The position numbers were made by a program, and so were the translations under genes. This document shows positions 1-12,079 of a DNA stretch of 64,000 nt, one piece after another. The stretch lies in contig CAWEPT010000005.1 of assembly GCA_963810965.1 (NCBI GenBank), positions 12,244 to 76,243 on the forward strand. Direction: 5' to 3'. Under the pieces are notes generated by a model, which saw only the letters and a list, made by a program, of their open reading frames with translations, had not been told where the DNA came from and searched no databases. Source of the DNA: an uncultured delta proteobacterium (GTDB lineage Bacteria > Desulfobacterota > Syntrophia > Syntrophales > UBA2192). Positions within the stretch are counted from its first letter, which is position 1. Each line of letters opens with the position of its first letter.

Positions 1-281
1 GCCAGTTCGCCGAGCGCACCGCCATCAACGCGCCCATCCAGGGCACGGCGGCCGATCTCATCAAGATCGCCATGATCAACCTGCACAACCTCCTGGAGAA
101 GCGCCACTTGCGGGCACGCATGATCATGCAGGTCCACGACGAGCTCGTCTTCGAGGTCCCCGAGGCCGAAAAGGACGACCTCATGGCCCTCGTGAAGCGC
201 GAGATGGAAGGGGTCGTGAAGCTGCGCGTGCCGCTCAAAGTCGAGATTAGCGCAGGGAAGAACTGGGACGAGGCGCATTAG
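1..281 (+). CDS. polA: DNA polymerase I, C-terminal end (5' part outside window)
   Basis: Frame open from the window edge. QFAERTAINAPIQGTAADLIK...IMQVHDELVFEVPE...KVEISAGKNWDEAH* is the family-A polymerase C-terminus. Confidence 0.9.
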   Translation, partial: QFAERTAINAPIQGTAADLIKIAMINLHNLLEKRHLRARMIMQVHDELVFEVPEAEKDDLMALVKREMEGVVKLRVPLKVEISAGKNWDEAH

Positions 282-478
282 GAGGCTGGTGACCGAGGGC
301 GCATCCCGCCAGGGTGCGCAACCATGAATGGTTCTTTCCTTGCCGGGGCGCCCCGATGTGCGGAAAAGGGCGCCTAAAAAGGCCCATCTGCGGCGTTGCC
401 CTTTTGACCAGCCTCGAAAGTCCAGAGGCGCATTGAGCTTACATTTTCAACGGCTTGCCCGTCACTTCACTGTCAGGA

Positions 479-1080
479 TTATGGGATCAGTTTCTTGTCG
501 CGAAGGGTCTTTACCACCAGGCTGACGAACCGGGAGATCTGGTCGTCGCTTCCGGAAGGGTTGACGGCATCGACGGTGGATCGCCAGACGATGGTCGTCG
601 TCTTTGCGTCGTAGAGCCTCGACTCCAAGGTTGCCGCTTCGCGCTGCCTCGTCATCGCCGGCCCGGGGCCGAACCATGGCACGTACGTCATCGAATTCAT
701 GGTGGTGTCTGTCGGCCCGGAGGTTACGACATCGGTTCCCATCCCCAGGACCCGCACGATCAGGTAGGCCTCGATTCCCATCCCCTGGCTCACCTTTACC
801 AGTTCCTCACGTGTTGCCTTGTCGGGGTCGGGGAAGTATTCATGGCACGTGGCCGCCTCGACGCCCCGCGACCTGAGCTGTTTGGCGAACTCGTTTTCGA
901 CAGGCCGCCGCATGTCGTCCTGCTTCGTCAGGGCGACGACCATGATCTTCTTGAAGGCCGGTCCCGTGTAGGTCGAGTTCCTCCAGTTGTCCGTCAGGCG
1001 CATGGGGAGGCGCAGGACAGGGTCAGCAGTGCCGCCGCAAAAAGCAGGAATCCCGATATTGCGATTTTCGTTTTGCTCAT
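479..1080 (-). pseudogene. putative lipoprotein, signal peptide out of frame with mature part
   Basis: Track ORF 479..1003 has no signal peptide. ATG at 1080 encodes MSKTKIAISGFLLFAAALLTLSC (lipobox) but stops at 996-994. The frames rejoin if one base is added to the GGGG run at 1004-1007. Confidence 0.55.
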
Positions 1081-1395
1081 GTCGCTCTTCCTTTCGTTGT
1101 GCAGACCGGTAACGAGTCCGGATTTGTCCTCAGTCCAGGTTTCCCTTTTCGGGTATCAGGCCATAACCCCGCTCCATTCTCTCTCAACTTCTTTTAGTGT
1201 ATCCCTGAAAATGAAAAACCCTGTCGCATTATAGTGGGCAGGGCATCAATGTCAATTTCAATTCGTAATCAGCCGTGTCTCTGAATCGAGATGTCATCGA
1301 ATCATGGGTGAAAGCGAGGAGCAGATGTCATCTATGATCAGTTCAGGAGATTGCCGATGATCCTCCCCGCTGCGTAGTAACTACTGGAGCATCGG

Positions 1396-1443
1396 GACAA
1401 AAAAGAGGATCGAGCCATGGTTGCCCGATCCTCTTTCGTTTTT
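1396..1443 (-). terminator. rho-independent terminator (possibly bidirectional)
   Basis: 11-bp stem AAAGAGGATCG (1402-1412) / CGATCCTCTTT (1426-1436). It is flanked by an A-run on the left and a T-rich run on the right, downstream of the - strand regulator gene. Confidence 0.65.
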
Positions 1444-1484
1444 GCCTTGCTTGTTGAGGTTGCCGGGCGGGACGCCCGGCCTGC

Positions 1485-1519
1485 AGCCCCTGAGCCCTGG
1501 ACCCTTGTCCCTAGTCCCT
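1485..1519 (-). repeat. tandem heptamer array, AGGGNNN x5 in - strand (mRNA) sense
   Basis: + strand reads agCCCCT gaGCCCT ggACCCT tgTCCCT agTCCCT. The stop codon of the 1511..3097 gene lies inside the array. A GC hairpin GCCGGGCG-gga-CGCCCGGC follows at 1462-1480. Confidence 0.8.
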
Positions 1520-3097
1520 ATGCTGTTTTTGTACGGGGCCCGCCAGGGCGGGGAAGGCAACCGTTTCCGATTCGCGGAAGGTGCCGATAAAGGCGTTGAC
1601 GACCTGCGGGTCGAACTGGCCGCCGCCGTTTCTGTGCAGCTCCGTTACCGCCTCGTCATGACTCATGCTCATCCGGTAGGGCCGGTTTGTCGTCATGGCG
1701 TCGTAGGCATCGGCCACGGCGATCAGGCGCGACAGCAGCGGGATCGCCTCGCCGGCCAGCCCGTCGGGGTAGCCGGAGCCGTCCCAGTTCTCGTGGTGGT
1801 GGCGGATGATCTTGCGCTCTTTTTCGAAAAGCGCGATCGGGGTGAGGATGTCATCGCCGATCGTGCTGTGGTTCTTGATGATGCCGTATTCCTCTCCCGT
1901 GAGCTCGTCGGGCTTGAGGAGGATGTGATCCGGGATCGCGATCTTGCCGATATCGTGGAGCATCGCGGCGATCTTGAGGCACTCGATGTCGTCGGGGGAG
2001 CATTGCATGATCTCGGCGGTCCGCACCACGAACTGCATGACGCTCTGGGAATGGCGTTCCGTGTACTGGTCCCGGGCCTGAATGGAGGTCACGAGCGCCC
2101 GGAAGGTTTCGGCGATATTCGTGTAGAGGGTCTCATAGAGGACCTTGTTTTCCAGGTTCAGCGAAGCGCGCCTCGCGAGGCTCAGGATGACGTGGAGGTC
2201 CTGATCCGAAAAACAGGCGCCGTTGCGGTCTTTCCAGAGGCCCAGGATCCCGAAGACGTTGTTGCGGATCATCAGAGGGGCGCAGAGGATGGACGCCGAG
2301 CCTTCAGCGTCGGAGACGTTGAACAGGACGCCGTCCCTTTTGCTCACGACCTCGCGGAGCAGCTCCTTCGGCCAGGGCATGGTGTGGCGCGGCGGGATCG
2401 GGTCGATGCAGCCGGTGATCTTGGGCAGGAACTCGTCGGTTTCCCTGTCGTAGAGCAGGATCGCGCAATGCTCCCCGTTCGAGACCTTGAGGGCCAGATC
2501 GGCGATGACGCGGAAGACGTTGTCGTTGCTCACCCCCAGGCGTTCGATGAAGTCGTAGATGAAGCCCGTGGCCGAGACCTGCCGGACCTTGTCGCGCAGC
2601 TTCTCCTGCTCCACCTTGTGCAGCAGGCCGTCGGCCGACAGGAGCGACTTCTCCCGCATGTAGATGTTCACCTTGTACAGAAGCTCGTCGATGCGGAAAG
2701 GCTTCGAGATGAAATCGACGGCCCCCGTCTTCATGGCCGAGACGGACAGGCCGACGGTGGGGTATCCGGTGATCATGATGACCGAGATCGTGGGGTGGAT
2801 CTCCCGGATCCGGCTCAGCAGATCCATGCCGTTCATGCCCGGCATCTGGATGTCGCTGATGACCAGATCGTAGAGATTGGACCGCAGCGCATCGAGGGCT
2901 TCCTTCCCGTCGGAAGCCTCGGTGGCGATGTAGTCGCCCTCGTGCCTCAGGGCCTCGACGATCAGGTTGCGTATGGATGCGTCGTCATCGACGACGAGGA
3001 TGGTCCTCTTATCGGACAAATTCGCGGGCATGACCCTGAATTCGTTCCTTGCGGTCTCCGTATCGTTCATTCCGATCATTCCGACAGCCCCACCCAT
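1511..3097 (-). CDS. response regulator, REC-GAF-HD-GYP (c-di-GMP phosphodiesterase type)
   Basis: Receiver (ILVVDDDASIRNLI...DLVISDIQMPGMNG), central GAF-like region, HD-GYP signature (MLHDIGK...HHENWDGSGYPDGL). The true start may be one of several downstream Met codons. Confidence 0.85.
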   Translation of the reverse strand: MGGAVGMIGMNDTETARNEFRVMPANLSDKRTILVVDDDASIRNLIVEALRHEGDYIATEASDGKEALDALRSNLYDLVISDIQMPGMNGMDLLSRIREIHPTISVIMITGYPTVGLSVSAMKTGAVDFISKPFRIDELLYKVNIYMREKSLLSADGLLHKVEQEKLRDKVRQVSATGFIYDFIERLGVSNDNVFRVIADLALKVSNGEHCAILLYDRETDEFLPKITGCIDPIPPRHTMPWPKELLREVVSKRDGVLFNVSDAEGSASILCAPLMIRNNVFGILGLWKDRNGACFSDQDLHVILSLARRASLNLENKVLYETLYTNIAETFRALVTSIQARDQYTERHSQSVMQFVVRTAEIMQCSPDDIECLKIAAMLHDIGKIAIPDHILLKPDELTGEEYGIIKNHSTIGDDILTPIALFEKERKIIRHHHENWDGSGYPDGLAGEAIPLLSRLIAVADAYDAMTTNRPYRMSMSHDEAVTELHRNGGGQFDPQVVNAFIGTFRESETVAFPALAGPVQKQHRD

Positions 3098-3263
3098 GGT
3101 TTCGGACTCATCGCGCGCACTGGAGGCAAAGGTGTGATTGCGGCCTTAGTCGGAGACGCAGACCGGCCACATGCGGGTTCGAACCAGACACACCGGGAAC
3201 ATGTGACAGGGGGCTTGCGGCCCCCTTCGGAACGGTCCCCCGCTCAGCGAATCGCGAAGGCAT

Positions 3264-3479
3264 CTATCTGGATTTATTGCCTTTCAGGATGACATCCATC
3301 AGGCTGTAGGAGATCTTGTCATAGACCTCCGGTTTTTCCTGCTCAGGGGACAGCGAGACCACGTCGGCGTACCTCGGGCCCGCCTTCTGGACATCCTGGG
3401 CCGCAGGTTGCGAGCCGACCTTGCTCTGCCGGCTGTAGGCCTTGAGGATATTGTCAATCTGATATGTGGATATGGTCAT
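3264..3479 (-). CDS. hypothetical small protein (71 aa)
   Basis: Only coherent ORF between the two regulators, same strand as and upstream of the HD-GYP gene. No family recognised. Confidence 0.35.
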   Translation of the reverse strand: MTISTYQIDNILKAYSRQSKVGSQPAAQDVQKAGPRYADVVSLSPEQEKPEVYDKISYSLMDVILKGNKSR

Positions 3480-3595
3480 CGTTCATCCCGTTGTTTTCTC
3501 ATAATGGAGATCGGTATCCGGTATGAAAACTTTAGGATTAGTTCCCTGTGGCCGGCCCGCCGCGGCTCGACAGGGGCTCCCGGAAATATTTATGG

Positions 3596-3623
3596 TTGAC
3601 TAATGAGGGAATTTTGTTAACAT
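3596..3623 (+). promoter_or_regulatory. sigma70-like promoter candidate
   Basis: TTGACT-N16-TAACAT, about 160 nt upstream of the 3783 start codon. Confidence 0.4.
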
Positions 3624-3782
3624 CCCGTGTTGCTTTACGTTCATACGATTCATCAGGCCCTTCCGACAGGAACCTTCCTGCCGATCAAAGACCTCATTTC
3701 CACCCGTCGGGGGGGCCGGGAATGACGCAACCACCTTTACCCGATTTCGTCCCATCCTCGAGGAGCGGCAAAACGACCAGCC

Positions 3783-5189
<1,407 letters not shown>

Positions 5190-5195
5190 TCGGCG

Positions 5196-5233
5196 TCTAT
5201 TCGTCCGGTCTATTCAGTCTGTTCCGTCTATTC
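5196..5233 (+). repeat. tandem array of TCTATTC-type units (reverse complement of the GGAATAGAC family)
   Basis: TCTATTC at 5196, 5209 and 5227, TCTGTTC at 5218. Begins 7 nt after the stop codon and is followed by a terminator. Confidence 0.7.
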
Positions 5234-5247
5234 CGTCGAAATTGGTG

Positions 5248-5276
5248 CCGGGGAGATTGCTCTCCCCGGTTTTTTT
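5248..5276 (+). terminator. rho-independent terminator
   Basis: CCGGGGAGA-ttgc-TCTCCCCGG followed by T7. Confidence 0.85.
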
Positions 5277-5413
5277 ATGCCTTGCGGCTTGTGGCTCGTG
5301 ACTTGTGTCCGCGAACGTCAATTTTTTGACAAGCCGCTTAAGTTTTCGGCCGCGTGATCGACGAGGCCGCATGTATACCCTCGCCCCCTTCCGCCGCCGT
5401 GCAGAAGCCCGAC

Positions 5414-5440
5414 ACGCTACCCGCTACCCGCTACCACGCT
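5414..5440 (+). repeat. tandem heptamer array CCGCTAC x4
   Basis: acgctac ccgctac ccgctac cacgct. Confidence 0.7.
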
Positions 5441-5450
5441 TCTTTTTTAC

Positions 5451-5488
5451 CCCTGTACCCTGTACCCTGTACCCTGAACCCTCTCCCC
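5451..5488 (+). repeat. tandem heptamer array CCCTGTA x5 abutting a sigma54 promoter
   Basis: ccctgta ccctgta ccctgta ccctgaa ccctctc. Ends 2-3 nt before TGGCAT. Confidence 0.85.
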
Positions 5489-5490
5489 CG

Positions 5491-5506
5491 TGGCATATCA
5501 CTTGCT
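5491..5506 (+). promoter_or_regulatory. sigma54 promoter (-24/-12)
   Basis: TGGCAT-atcac-TTGCT with GG-N10-GC spacing, 65 nt upstream of ATG 5571. Confidence 0.7.
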
Positions 5507-5570
5507 ATCCTCAGGTCAGGCGGTGGTGTGTCCATCGGACCACCTGTTATTCCGCACACCGAGACTGACC

Positions 5571-7814
5571 ATGAGAAAACACTGCATCGCCTGTCTGGCC
5601 GTCGTTCTGGTTCTTGTCTTTGCCACATCCGCAACCCCCGCCGGGAAGGCCGGTGCGGTGTACAGCCTTCACGTGGGATCCTACCCCAGCGCAGAAAAGG
5701 CCGCTGAGCAGGTCAAGACCCTGAAAGAAAAAGGCTGCGAGGCCTTCTCCGCAAAGCCGGAGGGCAGCGATGGGCGCTGGCGCGTCTTTGTCGGCCGGTA
5801 TGCAGGCGCCGATGAGGCGGCCCGCCAGGGCGCGCAGCTCGAGAAGAAAAAAATCGTCCGGTTCTATACCGTCCGAAAAGTCCCGGCCACGGCGGAGGCG
5901 AAAGATTCCGCAGGGACAGAGGGCAAGACGGCCGTGAAAGGGGCCCCTGTGCCGGAACCCCCGAAGGCGGACGTCGCAAGCCCAAAGCCTCTGCACCCCC
6001 AGGTAACGATCACGCCGGCTGCACCGGAGACCCCGTCGAAGAGGAAGAAGACCCCGCTCCATGCATCCGCGGAAAAGCGCCCCGGGAGCCTCACGGGCGA
6101 TTCGGTGACGGAAGGCCTGCCCGAGCCCGAACCCTTCAAGTTTCAGCCCTTCGATACGGGCAGTCAGGGGAAACCGGGCGGCAATGCCGGTGCCGGGCCC
6201 AAGGATGGCAGCCTGACCGAAGACGAGGCCCTCTATGCGGAAGCGGTGGAGCACTATCGAAAGGGCAGGTACCCCAAAGCGGTCGACACCTTCCGATCGT
6301 ACATCCAGCAGTATGCCGGCAAGCCCCGGTCGAAGGCCTCGTTTTTCTGGATCGCCGAATGCCACAGCCAGATGCAGGACCCGAAGAAGGCCGACGAAGC
6401 CTTCCGGGAGGCCCTCAAGCGCTGGCCCGACTACCGGGACGTCCCCCGGGAGGCCCTGGTCAGCCTGGGTTTCCATTTCTTCCGCCAGGGCGCCCATGAC
6501 CAGCTCATCGGGGCCTTCTCCTACTACGTCAACATCTACCCCGAGGACCCCTTCCGCAAGGAGATGCTCTACCTGATCGCCCGCTCGCTCACGGAGATGC
6601 AGCAGTACGAGCCGGCGCTCAAGGTCTTCAGCACCGTCATCGAGAAATATCCCGACACCAAGGAGGCCACGGAGAGCGCCATCATCATGGCCAACATCGG
6701 GGTGAAGAGCCCGGGGCTCAGGCTTCCCGCCTACATGACGGGCACCCAGTACTACAGGGACCCTGCGGCGACCTACGACATGGTCCTCTCGAAGCAGCTT
6801 CCGAGCCTGGAGATCACGGAACGGATCCTCTTCCAGAAGGCTTACGCCCTCTTGCAGGAAAAGCTCTACCGGCAGGCCTTTCAGGCGAGCCTCGCCCAGC
6901 TCAAGCGCTTCCCCAACGGGCGCTGCAAGGACGCGGGCCTGGCAACCCTCAAGGCGGCCACGGAGCGCCTCGTCGACGAGGACTACGGAAAGGCCGACTA
7001 CCTCCGCGTGGCCGACACCTACCTGACGGCCTACGAGGGCGCCTGGGTCAAGACCATCGACTTCGGGACGGGCATCAAGATCGCCGACAGCCTGCGCCAG
7101 ATCGGTCTGTACCGCGAGACGCGGCGGGTTGCCGAACATCTCCTGATGATCGAGAAGGACGGCAGAAACCGCAGGGCGCTGCTCGTGATGGTGGCGGACG
7201 TGAGCATCCGCGAGCGCCATTACGACGAAGCGGAGCGCATCGTCACGGAGCTCGCGAAGGAGACGGCAACGCTCGGCCGCGATGAGCGCCTTGCCCTGCG
7301 CCGGCTCCAGGGGGATCTCTACCTCAAGAAAGGCCTCTTCGAGAAGGCGGCCGCCGCCTACGCGGAGATGGCGGGCGAGGGCGCGGCCGACGCGGCCGCA
7401 CTGCACCGCAACTACGGGATTGCCCTTCGCTTCAGCGATGCCTGCCCGTCGGCCCTGCAGCAATTCCAGCTCGCCATCCGGCAGTCCGAGAAAAACAAGG
7501 CCGGCAACAGCCAGGTCCTCCAGGATTCGCTGGCAGGCGTCGGGGACTGTTACCTCAAGACACGGAAGTACCCGGAGGCCGTCACGGCCTACCGCCAGGC
7601 CGTCGATTCGGCCCAGAGCGGTGCGCAGAACCCCTGGACCCTCTACAACCTCGGCAAGGGGTACGTGGAGATGAGAAACCTCACCGAGGCAAACCGGGTC
7701 TTCTCGGAGCTGAAGGTGCGGACGGGGGACGACTTCTGGAACAAGACGATCGACTACACCCTCTCCGATGCCGCCTGGACGGAGAAATACCGGAAGTACC
7801 TTCCGGCGAAATAA
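5571..7814 (+). CDS. SPOR domain / TPR-repeat protein
   Basis: Track ORF 5490..7814; ATG 5571 lies downstream of the promoter. Signal/TM MRKHCIACLAVVLVLVFATSA, SPOR-like YSLHVGSYPSAEKAAEQVKTLKEKG...WRVFVGRY, Pro/Lys-rich linker, then many TPR-like repeats. Confidence 0.75.
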   Translation: MRKHCIACLAVVLVLVFATSATPAGKAGAVYSLHVGSYPSAEKAAEQVKTLKEKGCEAFSAKPEGSDGRWRVFVGRYAGADEAARQGAQLEKKKIVRFYTVRKVPATAEAKDSAGTEGKTAVKGAPVPEPPKADVASPKPLHPQVTITPAAPETPSKRKKTPLHASAEKRPGSLTGDSVTEGLPEPEPFKFQPFDTGSQGKPGGNAGAGPKDGSLTEDEALYAEAVEHYRKGRYPKAVDTFRSYIQQYAGKPRSKASFFWIAECHSQMQDPKKADEAFREALKRWPDYRDVPREALVSLGFHFFRQGAHDQLIGAFSYYVNIYPEDPFRKEMLYLIARSLTEMQQYEPALKVFSTVIEKYPDTKEATESAIIMANIGVKSPGLRLPAYMTGTQYYRDPAATYDMVLSKQLPSLEITERILFQKAYALLQEKLYRQAFQASLAQLKRFPNGRCKDAGLATLKAATERLVDEDYGKADYLRVADTYLTAYEGAWVKTIDFGTGIKIADSLRQIGLYRETRRVAEHLLMIEKDGRNRRALLVMVADVSIRERHYDEAERIVTELAKETATLGRDERLALRRLQGDLYLKKGLFEKAAAAYAEMAGEGAADAAALHRNYGIALRFSDACPSALQQFQLAIRQSEKNKAGNSQVLQDSLAGVGDCYLKTRKYPEAVTAYRQAVDSAQSGAQNPWTLYNLGKGYVEMRNLTEANRVFSELKVRTGDDFWNKTIDYTLSDAAWTEKYRKYLPAK

Positions 7815-7886
7815 GGGACATGCTGAAAGAAGACGCACAAGAAACCGGCCCGGCCGGAGAATCGGCCTGCCGGCGACATCCAGGTT

Positions 7887-9084
7887 TTGCAGCAATCCTT
7901 CGAGAGCTTCACGGCGGCCACGATGAAGCTCCAGGAGGCCTTCTCGAATCTCGAGATCAAGTTCGAGAACCTCAACCGCGAGCTCGAACAGAAGAACCGG
8001 CGTCTCGAGAGCATCATTGCCGAGAAGGACGAGATGCGCAACTACCTGGAAACCATCCTGGAGAGCCTGACGACAGGGGTCGTCGTGACGGATCTTCAGG
8101 GGCGCGTCACGATGATGAACGGCTGTGCCGCCCGCATCACCGGAATGGAGCCGGGCGCTGCGGATCGAGAGCTTGCCGATCTCTTCCGGGGAGCCGAGGA
8201 GATGGACCGGGGCCGGGCAGGCTCCGCCCCTTCCCGGTACCTGCAGGGCAAGCGCAAGATCCGCCTCGGGGACAGCATCCTCGAGGTCCTGACATCCCCC
8301 GTGAAAACAAAAGACGGCAACAGCCTGGGGACGGTCCACATCCTGCTCGACGTGACCCGCGTCGAGAAGCTCGAGGAGATGGCCAAGCGCACCGAAAAAT
8401 TTGCCGCCCTCGGCGAGATGGCGGCCAATATCGCCCACGAAGTCCGCAACCCCCTGGGGAGCATCTCGCTGTCGGCCTCGCTTCTCCTCAAGGGCCTTGC
8501 CGACGAGAAGAACCGGGACCGGGCCGCGCGGATCATCCACTCCGTGAAGAGCGTCGACAACAAGATCGCGAACCTGCTGCTGTTCACCCGAAAGCCGGAG
8601 CCCCAGTTCCGGGATCTGCGGATCCACGACGTCCTTCAGGACATCCTCCGGTTTTCCGTGGAGATCCTGGAGAAGGAGGGAATCCGGCTCACCGTGCGCC
8701 TGGCAGGCGGCAGACCCGCTCGTGCGGGCCGACGGGGAGCTTCTGAAACAGGTGTTCCTCAACATCATCCTCAATGCCGTGCAGGCCATGCGGGGCGGCG
8801 GTGAGCTCACCATCGAGACCCGCCTGCACAACGACCCGGCGCTGAGGCCGGGCATGGAACGGAGCCTCGAGCTTCGCTTTGCCGACACGGGTTCCGGGAT
8901 TGCCGAGGAGGATCGCAGGCGGATCTTCGACCCCTTCTTCAGCACGAGGGAAAGGGGCAGCGGCCTGGGGCTCGCCATCGTGCACAACATCATGGATCTG
9001 CACCGCGGGACGGTCGATGTGGAGATGGGCGAGAAGGGCGGGAGCGTGTTTACCGTGCTGCTGCCGCTTGTGGAACCTGAATGA
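7887..9084 (+). pseudogene. PAS sensor histidine kinase (FlrB/FleS-like), frame-broken
   Basis: Fragments 7887..8804 and 8722..9084. H-box FAALGEMAANIAHEVRNPLGSI. ATPase boxes (LNIILNAVQA, DTGSGI, GSGLGLAIV) continue in the +1 frame. There is an extra base near 8712 (GGCGGC-A-GACCCG). Confidence 0.8.
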
Positions 9085-9120
9085 AGAAGGTGAGAGGGTA
9101 GGGAAGAGGTAAGAACAGAC

Positions 9121-10539
<1,419 letters not shown>

Positions 10540-10543
10540 GCCG

Positions 10544-10589
10544 ACAGCCAAGTAACAGCCAACAGCCAACAGCAACAATCCCACAGCTC
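10544..10589 (+). repeat. tandem heptamer array ACAGCCA x6
   Basis: acagcca (agta) acagcca acagcca acagcaa caatccc acagctc. Starts 5 nt after the stop codon. Confidence 0.8.
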
Positions 10590-10645
10590 TATCCCCCTGT
10601 TACCGAAAGCGGGGACGCATGGTCATCTTGATTCTTTTACTGTCG

Positions 10646-10660
10646 GCTGCAGACTGCAGC
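10646..10660. promoter_or_regulatory. palindrome, candidate enhancer-binding-protein site
   Basis: GCTGCAG-a-CTGCAGC about 100 bp upstream of the flgB -24 element. No binding evidence. Confidence 0.25.
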
Positions 10661-10754
10661 ATTGCCGGCGTTCTGAATCGCCGAAACCGCGAACTCACGA
10701 ATTTCCCGCTGTCCCAAAATGGCCTATCTATCTGTTTCCTCCTGCACTTTTCGT

Positions 10755-10770
10755 TGGCACATGCCTTGCA
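10755..10770 (+). promoter_or_regulatory. sigma54 promoter of the flgB operon
   Basis: TGGCAC-atgcc-TTGCA, a perfect consensus, 40 nt upstream of flgB. Confidence 0.85.
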
Positions 10771-10809
10771 ACACATCCCCGTGGATTCTTTGCACGGGGA
10801 AAAGTTTGC

Positions 10810-11181
10810 ATGAACAGCCTTTTCAGCAAAACGATCGGCGTGCTTTCGGATCTCGTCGGCGCCCGCTCGCAGAGGCACCAGGTCCTGGCGTCGAATGTGT
10901 CCAACATCGACACCCCGGGATACGAGCCGAAGGATGTCGATTTTGAGAACCTGATCGCCTCGATGCAGGGCAAGGGCATCCGCATGGCCCGGACGAACGG
11001 GAAACATTTGCCTGCGGCAACCCCGGGAGGAAGCCTGTCCGTCACGAGGACGGGCGACAAGGTGGACATGGACCGTGAGATGGTTTCGATTGCCGAAAAC
11101 CATCTCATGCACAACGCCGCCGTCGAGATGCTGGCGCGCAAGTTCAGGGCACTCCAGAGTGCCATCCGGGAGGGCAAGTAA
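10810..11181 (+). CDS. flgB: flagellar basal-body rod protein FlgB
   Basis: SQRHQVLASNVSNIDTPGYEPKDVDF; position and size typical. Confidence 0.93.
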   Translation: MNSLFSKTIGVLSDLVGARSQRHQVLASNVSNIDTPGYEPKDVDFENLIASMQGKGIRMARTNGKHLPAATPGGSLSVTRTGDKVDMDREMVSIAENHLMHNAAVEMLARKFRALQSAIREGK

Positions 11182-11606
11182 TGAATTTCATCACCTCGTT
11201 TGATATCTGCTCGTCGGGGCTTTCGGCCCAGAGACAGAAGATGGACGTCATCGTCAGCAACCTCGCCAACGCGAGCACGATCCAGACCCCCGAGGGGGGG
11301 CCCTACAAGAGAAAGGTCGCCGTCCTGGCGGCGGAGCCCGTGAACAGCAAGTTCGGGTCCGCCCTGAAGGATGCCCTCTCCCAGGTGAAGGTGCAGGAGG
11401 TCATCGAGGATGCCGAGGGCCTGAAGAAGGTCCACGACCCGACGCACCCCAACGCCGACGAGCAGGGCTTCGTCACCTACCCCAATGTGAACGTGGTGAC
11501 GGAGATGGCCGACATGATCACGGTCAACCGGGCCTACGAGGCCTGTGTGACCGCAATGGATGCCACGAAGAACATGGTCCTCAAGGCACTCGACATCGGC
11601 AAGTAA
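11181..11606 (+). CDS. flgC: flagellar basal-body rod protein FlgC
   Basis: SGLSAQRQKMDVIVSNLANASTIQTPEGGPYKRK...VNRAYEA. TAATG overlap with flgB. Confidence 0.95.
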   Translation: MNFITSFDICSSGLSAQRQKMDVIVSNLANASTIQTPEGGPYKRKVAVLAAEPVNSKFGSALKDALSQVKVQEVIEDAEGLKKVHDPTHPNADEQGFVTYPNVNVVTEMADMITVNRAYEACVTAMDATKNMVLKALDIGK

Positions 11607-11656
11607 CGGTGAACGGGCGGTTTCAGACCGTACCGGATGGTGAAGGAGCATAGAAC

Positions 11657-11962
11657 ATGAACAGGGTATCGACGCGAAGTGATGTCTTGCAGATCCCCGC
11701 CAAGGCCATGCAGCCCGCGGGAAAGGACCCCGGCAAGCCCCAGGGTGCCTTCGGGGACATGCTGAAACAGGCCGTCACCGAGATCAGCCAGCTTCAGAAC
11801 AACGCCGACAAGGCCATCACGAGCGTTCAGCTCGGCCAGTCCGGCAACATCCACGAAGCCATGATCGCTCTCGAGAAGGCCGACATCTCGTTCAGGGCCA
11901 TGATGCAGGTCCGAAACAAGATCCTGGAAGCCTACCAGGAAGTCATGAGGATGCAGGTCTGA
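11657..11962 (+). CDS. fliE: flagellar hook-basal body complex protein FliE
   Basis: FGDMLKQAVTEISQLQNNADKA...IHEAMIALEKADISFRAMMQVRNKILEAYQEVMRMQV. Confidence 0.93.
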   Translation: MNRVSTRSDVLQIPAKAMQPAGKDPGKPQGAFGDMLKQAVTEISQLQNNADKAITSVQLGQSGNIHEAMIALEKADISFRAMMQVRNKILEAYQEVMRMQV

Positions 11963-12079
11963 TTTCGGATCTCTGCCCTCTGTCATCTGCGGCGACTCCG
12001 GCTCCTCTCTCGACGATGGTCACGGCGCTCCGATGACGGATACTGAAATTCTCCTGAAGGATAGAGGGATAGAAAATCC

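Noticed and set aside
328-1234. + strand ORFs 328..525, 455..1234 and 604..876 downstream of polA.
   Set aside because: They overlap the better supported - strand lipoprotein gene and have Arg/Pro-rich composition without motifs.
10777-10799. Hairpin CCCCGTG-N9-CACGGGG covering the flgB SD as a translational control element.
   Set aside because: The predicted sigma54 start site (~12-13 nt after the -12 GC at 10768-10769) falls inside the left arm. The mRNA would therefore lack the full stem.
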